A DNA stretch of 56,674 nt from Reclinomonas americana ATCC 50394 (lineage: Eukaryota): assembly GCA_048213135.1 (NCBI GenBank), contig PS015355.1, forward strand, positions 1-56,674, in the 5' to 3' direction. Below are positions 22,801-34,891 of the stretch, one piece after another. The translations under genes and the position numbers were made by a program. Position 1 is the stretch's first letter; each line of letters begins with the position of its first letter. The notes under the pieces were generated by a model, which did not search any database, was not told the origin of the DNA, and saw only the letters and a program-made list of their open reading frames with translations.

Positions 22801-25800
22801 AACACGAATCGACAGCGTCGACTGTCAGGCACACACATACACGAAGCGGCGATGAATTTAGTGAATGATGGGCGGAGGACGAGGAGGAATCACAACGCAC
22901 GGGCTGCGGATACGGCAGGAGACTGCCGGCGGGGCGGAGATCACCATTGGCGCTGATCTGGAAGAGATTGTTGTTGGTGGAGCCCACGCCGGACGCGAGT
23001 GAAAAGGTGATGGCTTGCGTCGGCGTGTTCTGCGACGGAGCAAGAGAGCGCGAATGAGTGGACAAACAGCACCGGCGCACAATAACGATCGACAAACCGG
23101 ATCCGAAGAATGGAACGTCTGCACAATAGTGGAGCTGGGGACACCAGTGACCGGAAGCGGCAGAATGAACTGCGTCGGACTCGGCGGCGCTGGTGCCTCT
23201 GGACCTGCACGACGAGAGGTTGGTTTAGTAACAAGACAACTCGCACACGGTGTTGCGCACGCTGGAGATTCCACGCAACTTTCGGTGAGCGTAAAGACCT
23301 TGGTAAGTGACAGCTGCGGACAGTTGACGTCCTGCGCACGACAAATGGCACACACACACACACGCACGCTCAGTCGCCTCCCAGCCCCTCGAGAACTAAA
23401 CAGAGGTACAGTACCTGAGCCTTGATAGTGACCAGCTGGACACCGTGCGGGACAGTACTACCGAGGACAAGCTGGTTGCCGACAATGGCAAAGTTGGCCG
23501 TCGGATTGATCAGAGTCAGCGTGTTGTTGTTGAACGGCGTCAAATCCGTGTCTGGAAAACATCGTAGCCACAGTTAGAGGCGTCTGGCACACTCACACAC
23601 TGGTCACTGCAGGGCGCACGTACCAATAACGGTAATGGTGGCCACCATGTCGCCAGGAGAACCAAGCGGATCGTAAACTGTGTGACAGTGAAGCGTGGTT
23701 ACGATATGACACAACAAAAGAAACTGAAAGGCTGCAGCGGCGTATGCGTACCGGTGTTCGACAGGCTGATGTCGGACGGCGGGTTATCGATGAACAGCGT
23801 GATGACAGCCTGCGTGCTCAGCGGTGGCGAACCCGAGTCCGTCACTTGCACGCGAATCGACAGCGTCGCCTGCAATGGAACGTCAGCTGACAGTATCTCG
23901 TTTTCATCTCTCTCTCACACACATACTCACCGGCTGCGGTGACGACAGGCCACTGCCAGACGGGAAAAGCTGACCACTGGAGGTGACGTTGAACAGGTTG
24001 TTGTTGGTGGAGCCAGGGCCTATGTCACGAAAAAATGGAGCATGGTGTAAGGCAACAGCGCAGTACCCTGCGACTGACACACAACACACACGCACCGGAG
24101 ACGAGCGACCACGTCAGCGTCTGCTGCGGCGTATTCTGCACTCATGTTTTTTTCGCGCAGCAACGACAGCGCGTTAGTCAACCACAGACGGACAGCAAGG
24201 CGGGTCAAAGGAGACCATGCAAAGACGCAACGGGATCGGTGGCGTTGAAGGTGGCCAGCAGCGTGCCAGCAGAGACACCGCTCAGCGGCAACGCAACAAC
24301 CACAGTCTGCGGCGTGACACCATACGGTCGCACGTTGACTGTAGGGCAGCGTGAGCACAGATGAGCACAACGACACCCAGAACAGAGCACGCGCGAAGCA
24401 CGTGCATACCTTCCGACAGCGTAAACACTTTGTCAAAGGTCAGCATCGGCTCATTGTCGTCCTGTGTGTATCGCGACGACAGTGAGCACGGAGGACGACG
24501 AAAGATCGAGACTGTTTCCAGCGCACGAACCGTGGCACGAATGGTCACCATCTGCACGCCGTGCGGGACAGAGCCGCCAAGCACGAGCTCCGTTCCCACG
24601 ACCGCAAAGTTGGCAGCCGGCGACACCACGCTCAGGGTGTTCATGTTCAGTGGCGGCGGGTCCGTGTCTGGTCAAGCATTGAGTGATCTCACCCACTCAT
24701 ACAATTACATACAGCCAGTCGCACACGTACCAATGGCCGTAAGCTGGCCCACCACACTGCCAGTGCCGCCCATAAAGTTGTAGCCTAGCGAAGAGGAGAA
24801 TAAACACATTNNNNNNNNNNNNNNNNNNNNNNNNNNNNNNNNNNNNNNNNNNNNNNNNNNNNNNNNGGTGAAATATAATAGCAGGTCTGTCACGAAGTGC
24901 ACGCACGTGTGGCGTTGAGAAGGATGTCGCTGACGGGGTTGTCGATCAGCAGGGTGACTGCAGACTCGGTGAAGAGCTGCGGAACACCGCTGTCGGTAAC
25001 TCGAACGCGAATGGTCAGAGTCGGCTGCGTGACGGCAACTGTGAGCAACATGCGCGCACACACAAAGAGAGAGTGGCGCACAGCAGCTGCCTGGAGGACG
25101 CAACTGGCTGCGGGTGAGCGAGGCCAGTGCCCGAGGCAAAGAGACCACCACTGGCTGTCATGATGAATAGGCTGTTGTTGGTGTCGCCAGTGCCTGCGGA
25201 TAGAATTGATTAAGCAACAACAACACAGATTGCAAGTGCGGCAGGCTCGAGAAGGGCGTACCAGTAGCCAGAGTCCACGTGAGCGTCTGCTCCGGCATGT
25301 TCTNNNNNNNNNNNNNNNNNNNNNNNNNNNNNNNNNNNNNNNNNNNNNNNNNNNNNNNNNNNNNNNNNNNNNNNNNNNNNNNNNNNNNNNNNNNNNNNNN
25401 NNNNNNNNNNNNNNNNNNNNNNACACATCGTCGCGATCACGAGCATCAGTGTCTGTCTGTGTGAAGATATTGCTGGGAGGCACAGACGAGCCACCAACTC
25501 ACCACGTCCTCGGCCGTGAACTGCGCAATCTGCACAAAGCTCGGCAGGCCAGTGGCCGGCAGCGGCACAATGACGGTGGTCGGGAAAATGTCGGTCGGCG
25601 CCACATTCGCTGTGGCGGCAGCAAGTGTGAGCATCCCCCAAACGTGGAAGTAAGAAGAAAATCGTGGACGAAACTCTCGGGAATGTCGACAGTGGTCGAA
25701 GTCACGTCGTGGGGTGACTGCACGCGCGTGGCGCTTACGGTTACCTCCAGTGTGCCGACTGCGACGCTCGAGTTGGCAATCATCAACGTCGACCCGTCTT

Positions 25801-26124
25801 GCGGATCGATGGAGACAGCTGCCGGCGGCGACTGCGTGGCAATGGTGAACGTGAACGTGCTACTCGGCGACGCAGGGTCCACGGCGCTGAGGATGCACAG
25901 CGGCGTCCCATTGGGGGCGCCTGGGAGTCACGCGTACGTGTGAGTGTGACTGTCATGCCAGCAAATATAGGAGGGCACGTGAACCAACCAAGATTGTGTG
26001 TCGCCGACACCGGGGTGCATGTGATGTTGACGGCGGCCGAGGCGGCAGTCACCACACATGCGAGGCTGATGATCGCCACAAGAAGTGGCGAGAGGGACGA
26101 CGTGCCGCGACACGACATCCTCAT
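16830..26124 (-). CDS. Large secreted protein: signal peptide, tandem cadherin-like repeats, long EGF-like repeat array (gapped)
   Basis: Hydrophobic leader LLVAIISLACVVTAASA. Repeats carry PTDIxL, TDPD, FSLVAGTGSTNNxLFxI, RVTDSGxPxL and FxKxFTL motifs (~25650-21000). The intron-free CxxNFYGPNCxxFCDPxxTCxGHGxC array (20910-16830) ends CNIPM*; no TM segment seen. Confidence 0.85.
18034..18851 (+). other. EGF-repeat contig in opposite orientation to its host gene
   Basis: Same repeat protein read on the + strand, bounded by N gaps on both sides; near-identical to the reverse complement of 17080-17310. Confidence 0.85.
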
Positions 26125-26742
26125 TGTGAGTGTGGGAACAAAAAGATCAAAACAGGGGGTGTGTCAAAAAAGAAGAAAACAGTGATGCGTGAGTATGTGT
26201 GAGTGTCGGTGGGTGTGACGGAGTAGTGTCGTGGCGACCTCTCCGACAGGGAACAAAAAACAAGCAATGGTAAGGAATCGACACACCATGTGGCTGACCT
26301 TATGCGGCACGTGGGCGCGTGGCGGTGCATCCGGCCACATGCGCAGACGTGGCACATACGCGGAAGAAACGGAGAATGTGAAACGCCGACTTGAATATGC
26401 GCCGCAACCTCCGCGCCGAGCATCCCGGCAGATTTGGTGATGTTGGGTGCGACGAAGAGCGAGGCAGAGAGGCGGAGAGAGAGATAGATAGGCGAGATCG
26501 AGCAGACAGCAAGTTGCCGTGACACGGAAGAATGCAGAGTGATTTCAGCACCGCCGGCACCAGTACCGGCGGAATGTGCTGCGAACGGGAGAGCTCAACT
26601 TCTTTCTTTTCTCCGCGACTTGAACAGAACCCCCGGAAGAACTCAACAACAGGCAAGCGAGAGAATACGCACGCGCACACACACATGACAAGAAGAAACA
26701 ACAGCCCCACTTGTGAACGCACACATTAACGTTCTGCATTGT

Positions 26743-28403
26743 CTACACGGCAGAGCTCAGAGGTGCATACGCAGCCTCACTGCCGACCTTAAAGTACTCT
26801 CTTCTAAACTCTCCCACCGAGCTATAACTGCGCGTCCACTGCACGACAATAAATATGGCAGCAAATACCGCAACGACGAGCGGAGCGAAAATGCCAAAGA
26901 CTGCCATGCCGCTGACGGGGGTGACGCTGGTCCAATCGACGGCCGCCGCCGTGGCCGTCGAGAGAATTAGCGGCAGGGCGAACACGAAGAAAATGGTGCT
27001 CTGGATGCGGGGCGAAGGGAGCAACGACGGCGTGATTTCAACATCGCTGGGGTGTCGCGGAAGACGTCAGTGTGTGTGCAAGAGAGTGCTGGGGAAAAAT
27101 AGGCGCCACACAACGCACCTCAGCATGGCTTGCGACGGCGACGACACGAGCGATGACGACGAGTTGCTCGAACCCACCAATTCCAGCCATCGCAACACAG
27201 GCACCACCGGCACATGCAACGTCAGCAGCAGCGCCCACGCCCACAGCGCCAGCAACACAAACCCCCACGGCACCGAGTGCAGCTGGTTGGCCAACTTGAG
27301 CACACCGACGTAGGCCCACACGCAAAACAGCGCAGTGCCCGTGGTGGGGAAGGGGGCGAACGAGCCACCCAGCAGCGGTGGACAGTGTCCATTGCGCAGG
27401 AAGCGGGCATGCGCCACGGCCAAGTTGGTGACCGGCATCACCAACATGAAGCCGTACATGGGCCCAAAGTTGAGATACATGACCAACAGTGGCAAGAAGC
27501 CGTACAGTGAGTACACGCCGAGATCGCTCCACTGCGCGCGATGCCCTGAGGCGGTGGAGGAGGAGGAGGACATGGGCACCAGGTCATCGGTGGCGCCGCC
27601 ACTCGACACCAGCGGCATCTCAAAGCCCTCGCTGGAGGCCGACGACGGCAAGCTGCCGCCAGTCTCCTGTCGTTCGCCGTGGATCTGCGGGGGAGGGAGG
27701 AGGGAGAAGGGAGGGTGAGGAGAGGAGAGGGAGAAGGGAGGAGAGGGAGAAGGGAGGGTGAGGAGAGGAGAGAGAGAAGGGAAGGAGAGAGGCAGAGAGA
27801 GGAAGTGTGAAGAGAGAGCAAGGGCAAGAGACTGATCAGAGTTGTGCCTTGTGAGAGGAGAAGGGAGGGAGAAGAGAGGGAGAAAGAGAGAAGAAGAAGA
27901 AGAAGAAGAGGAAGAATGGTGGATGCTGAGTTAGAGAATGCGATGACCTGAGCGGTGCTTGCGAGAGAGTTGACTGAATACATGCAGACTATGACTGCGT
28001 GGATATAAGTATGAGGGAGAAAACAGGTGCGAGAGAGCAAGAGAGAAGAAGATGAAGACGATTGGAGAGAGGGTTTGAGAGGCAAAGTAAGAGAGGCAGA
28101 TCAGAGCTGTGCTTTGTGAGAGAGCGAGGGAGGCAAAGAAGCAAATGAGCTGAGCGCTGTGCCTTGTGAGACAGCGTGAGCGACTGCTTGCAAGACTGAA
28201 AATGCAATCATTCTCCTCTCTCTCTCTCTATCCCTCCCTGTGCTCACCTGAATCACAATGACCAAGAGATACACAAAAACAGGCGCGAGAAACACCGTCC
28301 ACTCGGGCGACGAGTACGCATAGGTCAGCTTGAAGGAGGCCAGCAGCAGTTGCACTCCCAAAAAGCCCAGTGCCACCAGCACACCTCCGCGAACGTCTCT
28401 CAT
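26743..28403 (-). CDS. Multi-pass membrane protein of unknown function (3 exons)
   Basis: Exon 28403-~28248 (MRDVRGGVLVALGFLG...VIVIQ), a CT-rich intron, exon ~27684-27119, then an exon to 26743; many hydrophobic segments. Confidence 0.65.
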
Positions 28404-28653
28404 GATGCACACACGCACACACGCGCACTCACTGAGCAAAACTCGCGTTATACCTCGCCTGAAGAAGAGAGAGAGTAAGTAACACGTGTGACATGCGCGC
28501 CCGTGCGACACACACACACGCCTTCCACTGAGTGTTCGCTGCTTGTCGATCTCACTCACAGGCGAGCGCGTTGTTGTGTGAGAGGCGATCGCGTGCAAAC
28601 CCAATCACAAAGCGATGACACAGGACAAGACAACTGCTCTCTTTACTTTGAAG

Positions 28654-30054
28654 TCAACGAAGCACAATGTCGACCGTGGCGAAGGCGGTCTCATCGCACA
28701 GCGACCATGATTGCAAGCAGCCTACGCGTGAGAAAAAGCGATGAGAAAAAGCGTGCTGAGAGAGTGCATAACGCGATCGCTTCACGCAACGAACGATCCA
28801 GTCCTTGGAGACGATCCGAGGCGATCGCCACTCAATGGCGCATCGATGCTTTTCGCCGTGTGGACGTGCGCAGATGAGGTGCGTGTTTTCGGCACGCGAT
28901 AGGCACCCGGTGTATCGAGCTGCATGGCGATGGGAGTGAGCGATACGAGGGAACAAAGGAAGCAAGATGCATGTACCGCCTGCGATCCGGATCATGGCCT
29001 TGACCTCGGCACGCTCGGTGCCTGTGAAGCCCGTCACGGCCACCACCAACTCGCCAAAGCCCGGGATCCCACTGCGCTCAACATGAGGAGCAGCGGCGAG
29101 AATTGTTACAATGCCAATGAGCAGACGCAACTTGGCCGCTGGTGCAGGCGCATACAAGAACGGCTTCGCATCGGGGGCCAGCAGCTCCTGCCGCGCCGCA
29201 CACGCCTCGATCCAGTGCGGCGTGACACACGGAAGACCCAGCAGCACCGCCCGTCTTATCAACACTGCGTTATCGTCGACGGCCAACGCCACCACATGCG
29301 TCACGCCCTCCAGCTCATCCTCGTCGTCGTCCTCCCCCTCCAGCGCATAGTCATCCTCCTTGCGCGTGCACTCACCAGCCGCGGCCACCAGATGCACGGC
29401 CGCGCCCAACCGCAAGCACAAGCTCCTTGCGCGCGCCACCAGCGACTGCCGATACTGCACTGCACTGGCGGCCTCCACTGCCACCTCATCACACCCGACC
29501 AGCACGCCTCCTCCTGCAACGCCCACCGGAAGCACCACACACATGCAAAAGCCGCGGAACACAGGCACCAGTGGAGCCTCCAATGGCGATGCAGTGGTGG
29601 TCACACGCGCAGAGGGTGCGTGTCGCTGCGAGGCCGCGCTCAGACGCAACAACTGTTCCATCACAAGTCGTCGTCGCACGCGCGCGCTCTCATACGCGTC
29701 CATGTCACCGCCACGTGCTCGTCTGCGAGATTCTTCATCAGTGTCGCGGTCGTCTCCTCTATTGCTGCTGTTGTTGTGACGTGTTGTTGCTGGTGTGGAG
29801 GAGGAGGAAGGAGAGGAGTGGGAGGAGGAGGGTGCGTGAGGGGAGGGCGAGTTGGGCAGAGAGGAGGCGGTGGAGTGGTGAGCGGTTGACACATCGCAGT
29901 CGCCGTTGCTCTGAGAATGTGAGTGAGCGAGACACGCACAGAGACGTACACACACACACGTGCGCGAGTGCACACACACACCGACATCGCGCGCGAGGAT
30001 TCGGATTTGCGCTGCGGAGAAACTGGCAACGTCGACGTCGATTTCCCTTTTCAT
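28654..30054 (-). CDS. Tandem BRCT-domain protein (PTIP/TopBP1-type repeats)
   Basis: VTHVV...CVTPHWIEAC and LVVAVTGFTGTERAEVKAMIRIAGARYTGCLS...THLIC...GEK...A.EW...IVSKDWIVRCLQSW are BRCT signatures. Confidence 0.85.
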   Translation of the reverse strand: MKREIDVDVASFSAAQIRILARDVGVCVHSRTCVCVRLCACLAHSHSQSNGDCDVSTAHHSTASSLPNSPSPHAPSSSHSSPSSSSTPATTRHNNSSNRGDDRDTDEESRRRARGGDMDAYESARVRRRLVMEQLLRLSAASQRHAPSARVTTTASPLEAPLVPVFRGFCMCVVLPVGVAGGGVLVGCDEVAVEAASAVQYRQSLVARARSLCLRLGAAVHLVAAAGECTRKEDDYALEGEDDDEDELEGVTHVVALAVDDNAVLIRRAVLLGLPCVTPHWIEACAARQELLAPDAKPFLYAPAPAAKLRLLIGIVTILAAAPHVERSGIPGFGELVVAVTGFTGTERAEVKAMIRIAGGTCILLPLFPRIAHSHRHAARYTGCLSRAENTHLICARPHGEKHRCAIEWRSPRIVSKDWIVRCVKRSRYALSQHAFSHRFFSRVGCLQSWSLCDETAFATVDIVLR

Positions 30055-30069
30055 TTGTGTGCTTGTTTA

Positions 30070-33000
30070 TTATCTGCGCACTTGTGGGAATTGCAACGAG
30101 GGTGGTGATAGAGCGAGGACGGGAGTGTGCATGCGTTCTTGGCGTTTGCGTTCCCGGAAGGCTTCGACCAGATCGCGAAGCCATGGTCGAGGTGGCGTGG
30201 CGGCGTGTTGTGAGCTGGAGTCGCTGCTGTGGTGCGTGTGGAGAGAGTGAGTGAGTAACGGAGCCGGTTATCATGTGACGAGCAAGGCAGGGTGGAGACC
30301 TGGATGCACGTCGAGCAGTGATGCTGGCGGCGGTTTCGGCGACGGCCGCTCCCAGGGAGACGGCCACTTGCCGGTGCTTGGTGCGCAGTGCCAAGCTGCG
30401 TGGAGTGGGTGCGGTGGGGTCGCTGAGTGCGTCGTCATCGCCGCTGCCGTCGGCGTCGTCGTCGCTGAGCGGGTCCACATCGTCGGTGTCGAGGGTGAGC
30501 GACACCTGGTTGAAACGCGAACTGCGTGTGCTGCTGAAACTGCTCGAGTTGCTGTGGGAAGCAGCTCGTGCGCTGTCGGTGTCGGAGGCCACGGCGGAGA
30601 CAGCAAGTGGCGCCGGGGAGTTGCTGGCGGCGCCAGTGGGTGACTCTTGTGGGGAGGTGTCGTCGGGATCGGAAAAATGACGAGCTGACGACGATCGTCG
30701 TCGTCCTCCCCGCAGCGGGCTGATGACGCGTGCGCCCTTGATCTTGCGCAACTCGGCTGCGACCGCGCACACACATCAGTACGAGGATTGATGCGCAGGG
30801 GTCGGCGAAACCAACTAACCGTTGGTGTGAATCAGTTTGTTCTCCAAAAACACCACACGCTCCGACAGCTCGTCGTTCTGCGTGCGCGCCTCGTCGAGCG
30901 CCTCGCTCGCCTGCTCGTTGACCTTGCGCATCTCGACCTCCAGTGCCGTGATGCGTTGTGCCCGGATTTCTACCTTGCGGTCGGCCAGCTGTGCATGCGA
31001 GTGAGGTCGAGTGTGCGACGACGAAGACGCAGCTGTTGAACGCAACGCAGAGCTCCAGCTGCAAGGTTCGCGTCTCGCTCGCCAGTGACTCATTCTGCAT
31101 ACAGAGTGTTTCGACGCGGGAGCGCAAGTAGTTGATCTCCCGCAGCAGCATGCGCTGATTGCCCACTTGTGACTCGAGTGTCCGAATGCTGCGCGCGACG
31201 GTCAGCTGATAAACATGACAGAGCTGTCATTAGAAAAGAAAGGACGCAACGACACGAGCATTTCACGCTCACGGTTGGTGAGCTCGCCGGGCGCCACTTG
31301 CAGCTGGAAGGGCACAAACGCAGTCGGCGGAGGTGACGTTGGCGCACCAGCAGAGGCGCCAGCGGCAGCACTGCCGGCGCTGGTCGGCGTCAACTGCGGC
31401 ATCAGCAGCAGCTCGTCGGCCTTGACCTCGGCCACATGCAATTTCTCGCGCAGTTCGGCGACCTGGCCGCGCGACACGGCCAGCTCTTGCCTCAAGTCCT
31501 CGCGCTCCTCCGACAGCACCTGAATGGTGGCGAGGTGCTCCGAGTCCGCATACGCGAGTTGTTCCTTTTCCAGTCGCAACTCGGTGCATGCCTGCAATAA
31601 TGGGTGAGCGCTCTTGACGCACATATTGACAGCACGGTGGCGAGAACGAAAACCTTTTGCCATCGAGCGCGATCCTCCTGCACCGCCACCAGCTCGCTCC
31701 CTCTCAACGCCCAGTCGTCGATTTCCTCCCGCAGCTTTTCGTTGTCGGCCTCGTGCTGGGAGATCTGCAGCTGCAGCTGACTGATCTCGTCTGCACGCCG
31801 CACACCAATGCATGGATGAGCCACACACGCACACAATCGAGTCGCCATCGACCCGAGCACCACAAAACCTTTGAGCGCCGAGACCTCCTCCGCCACCGCA
31901 TGCAGTGGTGACGAGCCACCACCCAGTGCCCGTTTCAACTGCTCGATCTCCTCCTGAGCGGCCTTGAGCATGCGCTGCAGCTGTGCCGACGTCAACTCTT
32001 CGTTGATAACCGGCCGGTTCTTGATCATCTTGGCACTGCATCGCACGCCACGGTGAGAGAAAGAAAGAAAGAGAGAGAGAGGGTGCCAGCGTGAGAATAC
32101 GTGACGCACCGCTTGCCAAACTCCAGCGTGTTGACCGTCTCTCGATCGTTCCAGCTCGACGAGGAGCAGTTGATGATCAGAGAGGTTTCGGAGTTGCCGC
32201 CAAGCGAGTCTTTAAGCAGCAACGTGAGCTTGGAGTTGCGGTAGGATACGTGTTGTGGGGCCTGTGCGCGTGCGCAGAGTGAGATGAAAGGAAGTGAGCC
32301 ACGACGACGATTGCGACGGCGACGCAACATCGGAATCCCGCCGCCGTGAGGTCAGCTCGTGAATCACTTGGCCGAGCTGCGAGAGCGACTGGTTGATCTT
32401 CTTGGCCTCGTCGAGTCGCTGCCCCTCCGCACCGGTCTTGTCGATGCGCTCCGAGCCGGCCAGGTCGACGAGGTGCAACTTGGAGAAGCGATTCCACGTC
32501 TTGGTCTCGAAATCGCCGGTGCGCAGGTGCAGAATGAAAATGGCATGACTGCGTGACGAGTGCTCGTTCATCTCTGCAAAGCATGTGAGAAACATAGAAG
32601 AAATGGAGGAAAGGAAAGGAGCAGGGTGTGACAACGCAACTCGTTGACGCCACGGCACGATTCATGGAGCCGTCGCGCAGAATGCGAAACACATCGTCCG
32701 GCGTCTGCACCGCCTGCCGTGTGACACCCTCCACCACCATGCCGTGCACCGGGTCCTCGCGAATGCTCAAGTGGTTGCGCCGTGTGGAGAGCAGATCGTA
32801 CACGCGCTCCACATAAATCTCAATGTACGACACCTCCAGCCACAGCCACACGTCGGCCGACATTTGCCCGATTTGCTGAAACAGGGCCTCGCACATGCGC
32901 GGAATGAGACCGCGATGCGGTGACGGCTCGCCGGCGGACTTGGTGACGTCGCCCGGACCCATCATGGTGTGCGTCTTACCGGAGCCAGTTTGTCCGTATG

Positions 33001-34375
33001 CGAAAATGGTCGAGTTGTAGCCCTGCAGGAAGGCTGTCGCATACGAGAGGAGGGGGGATGTGGGTGAGAGGTGGGAGGAGATGAAAGGGGGATGGGGGAG
33101 AGGGGACCTTCAATGGCGGGCTTGCCAAGAGTGTCGTACACTGATTGCTGTGTGGAGTCGTCGCCGAAGATGTGATCGAAGCGGTACAGTCGCTCCTCGT
33201 GCTGCGAGAGCGGGCGAGGGGTGAGAGGAACGTGGAGAAGATCAACACCCACAAGGTGCATGGCTTGTTCAGTTGTCAGGCGGATAGAACACACAGAGAG
33301 AGACAAGAAAGAAATGATGTTCTGGTGACTGCCGAGATCAATCGCACGCAGACATACAAGTGTCGCACCAGCGATCATGGTCAAGTGATCGACAGCGACA
33401 ACGATGAAGGTCAACCGCAGAAACGATCAAGGTAGAAGAGTGATAAAGAATAGCCAGAGAGCGACAAAACGTCAATGAGGTCAACAGTACAAGTCTCACA
33501 CATGCGATCAAGGTAATCGCCATGCAGCAGTGTGACAAGGATCAGCAAATGACAGAACATCAATGAGGTCAACCGACAAGCTTCACACACGATCGAGCTC
33601 GGGGTGAACAAAATGTACAAGTATGACCAGGTTCAGCCAGAACATGACAGAACACCGACGGAGGTCAACCGTACATGTCTCACACGCGGTGAACCGGCAA
33701 ACCCCACATCAAGCCAGAAGCACAATGACAAGAAGCACCGTGCAAGTACCCAGGCAAGATCGACAGACGCCGAGAACATACAACACAATCGATCATGCAG
33801 GTGATAGAGCACACCAGGAACATGCAAACGAGCCCTCGATAGGCAGAACATACCGAGAAACCCTCGCTGCACTCCCATGCATGCTCAAACCCGAGAGAAA
33901 CCCTCTAAACCCACGATAAGCACTCTCACAGCCCACGAGAACAGGCCAAGAAACCCTGCTCTGCCGCACTCTCTGCGCCTCTCTCCACCACACCAAACCA
34001 CCACCAAAAGCCCTCTCCACACCCCACGGAAAAACAAAACAAAAGGCACTTTGATGATCCATCCACTCACCGTCAGGCCTGGTGTGGCAGCCACCGGAGT
34101 CGACACACTGCCGTCCCCCGCCGAGAACGACGCTGACTCATCAAACACACTACTCGCACCACCACGTCGCACCTGCACAGAGACACAGAGAGACAGAGTG
34201 AGCAGAGGGAAGAGACACAGAGAGCAAAAACACTCACCAATACTTTCACTGATCGCTGGTCCGGCAACACCTCCACATTCCGCATGCCGCCCCCGTTCAA
34301 CTCCGCCGCATTTTGCGGCCGAAATCGCGCCGCCACGCGAATCGTCTTGCCGCCATTGCCATTGCCGCCCTCCAT
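30070..34375 (-). CDS. N-terminal motor kinesin with coiled-coil stalk (3' end uncertain)
   Basis: [36 protein letters not shown] (P-loop), [43 protein letters not shown] and [13 protein letters not shown] motifs, then heptad-rich exons. Confidence 0.95.
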
Positions 34376-34891
34376 ACCTGTGAGATATCTTGCGATTCCA
34401 CCGTCCGTTCCGCCGACTGGATGGGTGTGAGAGCCGCGCGCCATTTCGAGCAGCTTGTCAATTTGCAGATCATCGCGCGCGAAGAAGATTACTTTTTGGT
34501 TCTCGGCTCTCTCGCTCGCACACGCACGCTGAAAGGTCAGTGTGTGCATGTGTGTATCGTGCTCGTCTCTCTCTGTGTGTGTGAGCGCTCATTGAGGCGC
34601 TGTTTGGTTTGCAGAAAGCGCGTCGTTTTGAGAGTCGCTTTTGTGTCGCGACTCCAGTCATCTCTCACACACACTTGCTCTCGCGCTCGGCTCTCTCTCT
34701 CTCTTGCTCTTGTCGCTGTCTGTGTCTCGTACACGTACACGTGCCACCTACGCCGTCACTGCGCTGCCACTGCTGTGTGTGTGTCGGTCGTCTTGCATAT
34801 AATTGCGCCGCGCCTCTCTCTCTGAGACATTTTCATCACCCCTTCTAGCGCGTGCATTTTCTTTTTTTTTTGACTGTCGTGGCGTGGTGAC

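Noticed and set aside
32575-32640. Reading GTT|GCGT as a GC-AG intron starting 3 nt downstream
   Set aside because: In kinesin this would create ACG AGT TAG (stop) instead of the conserved [12 protein letters not shown], and it would break LRR spacing elsewhere.
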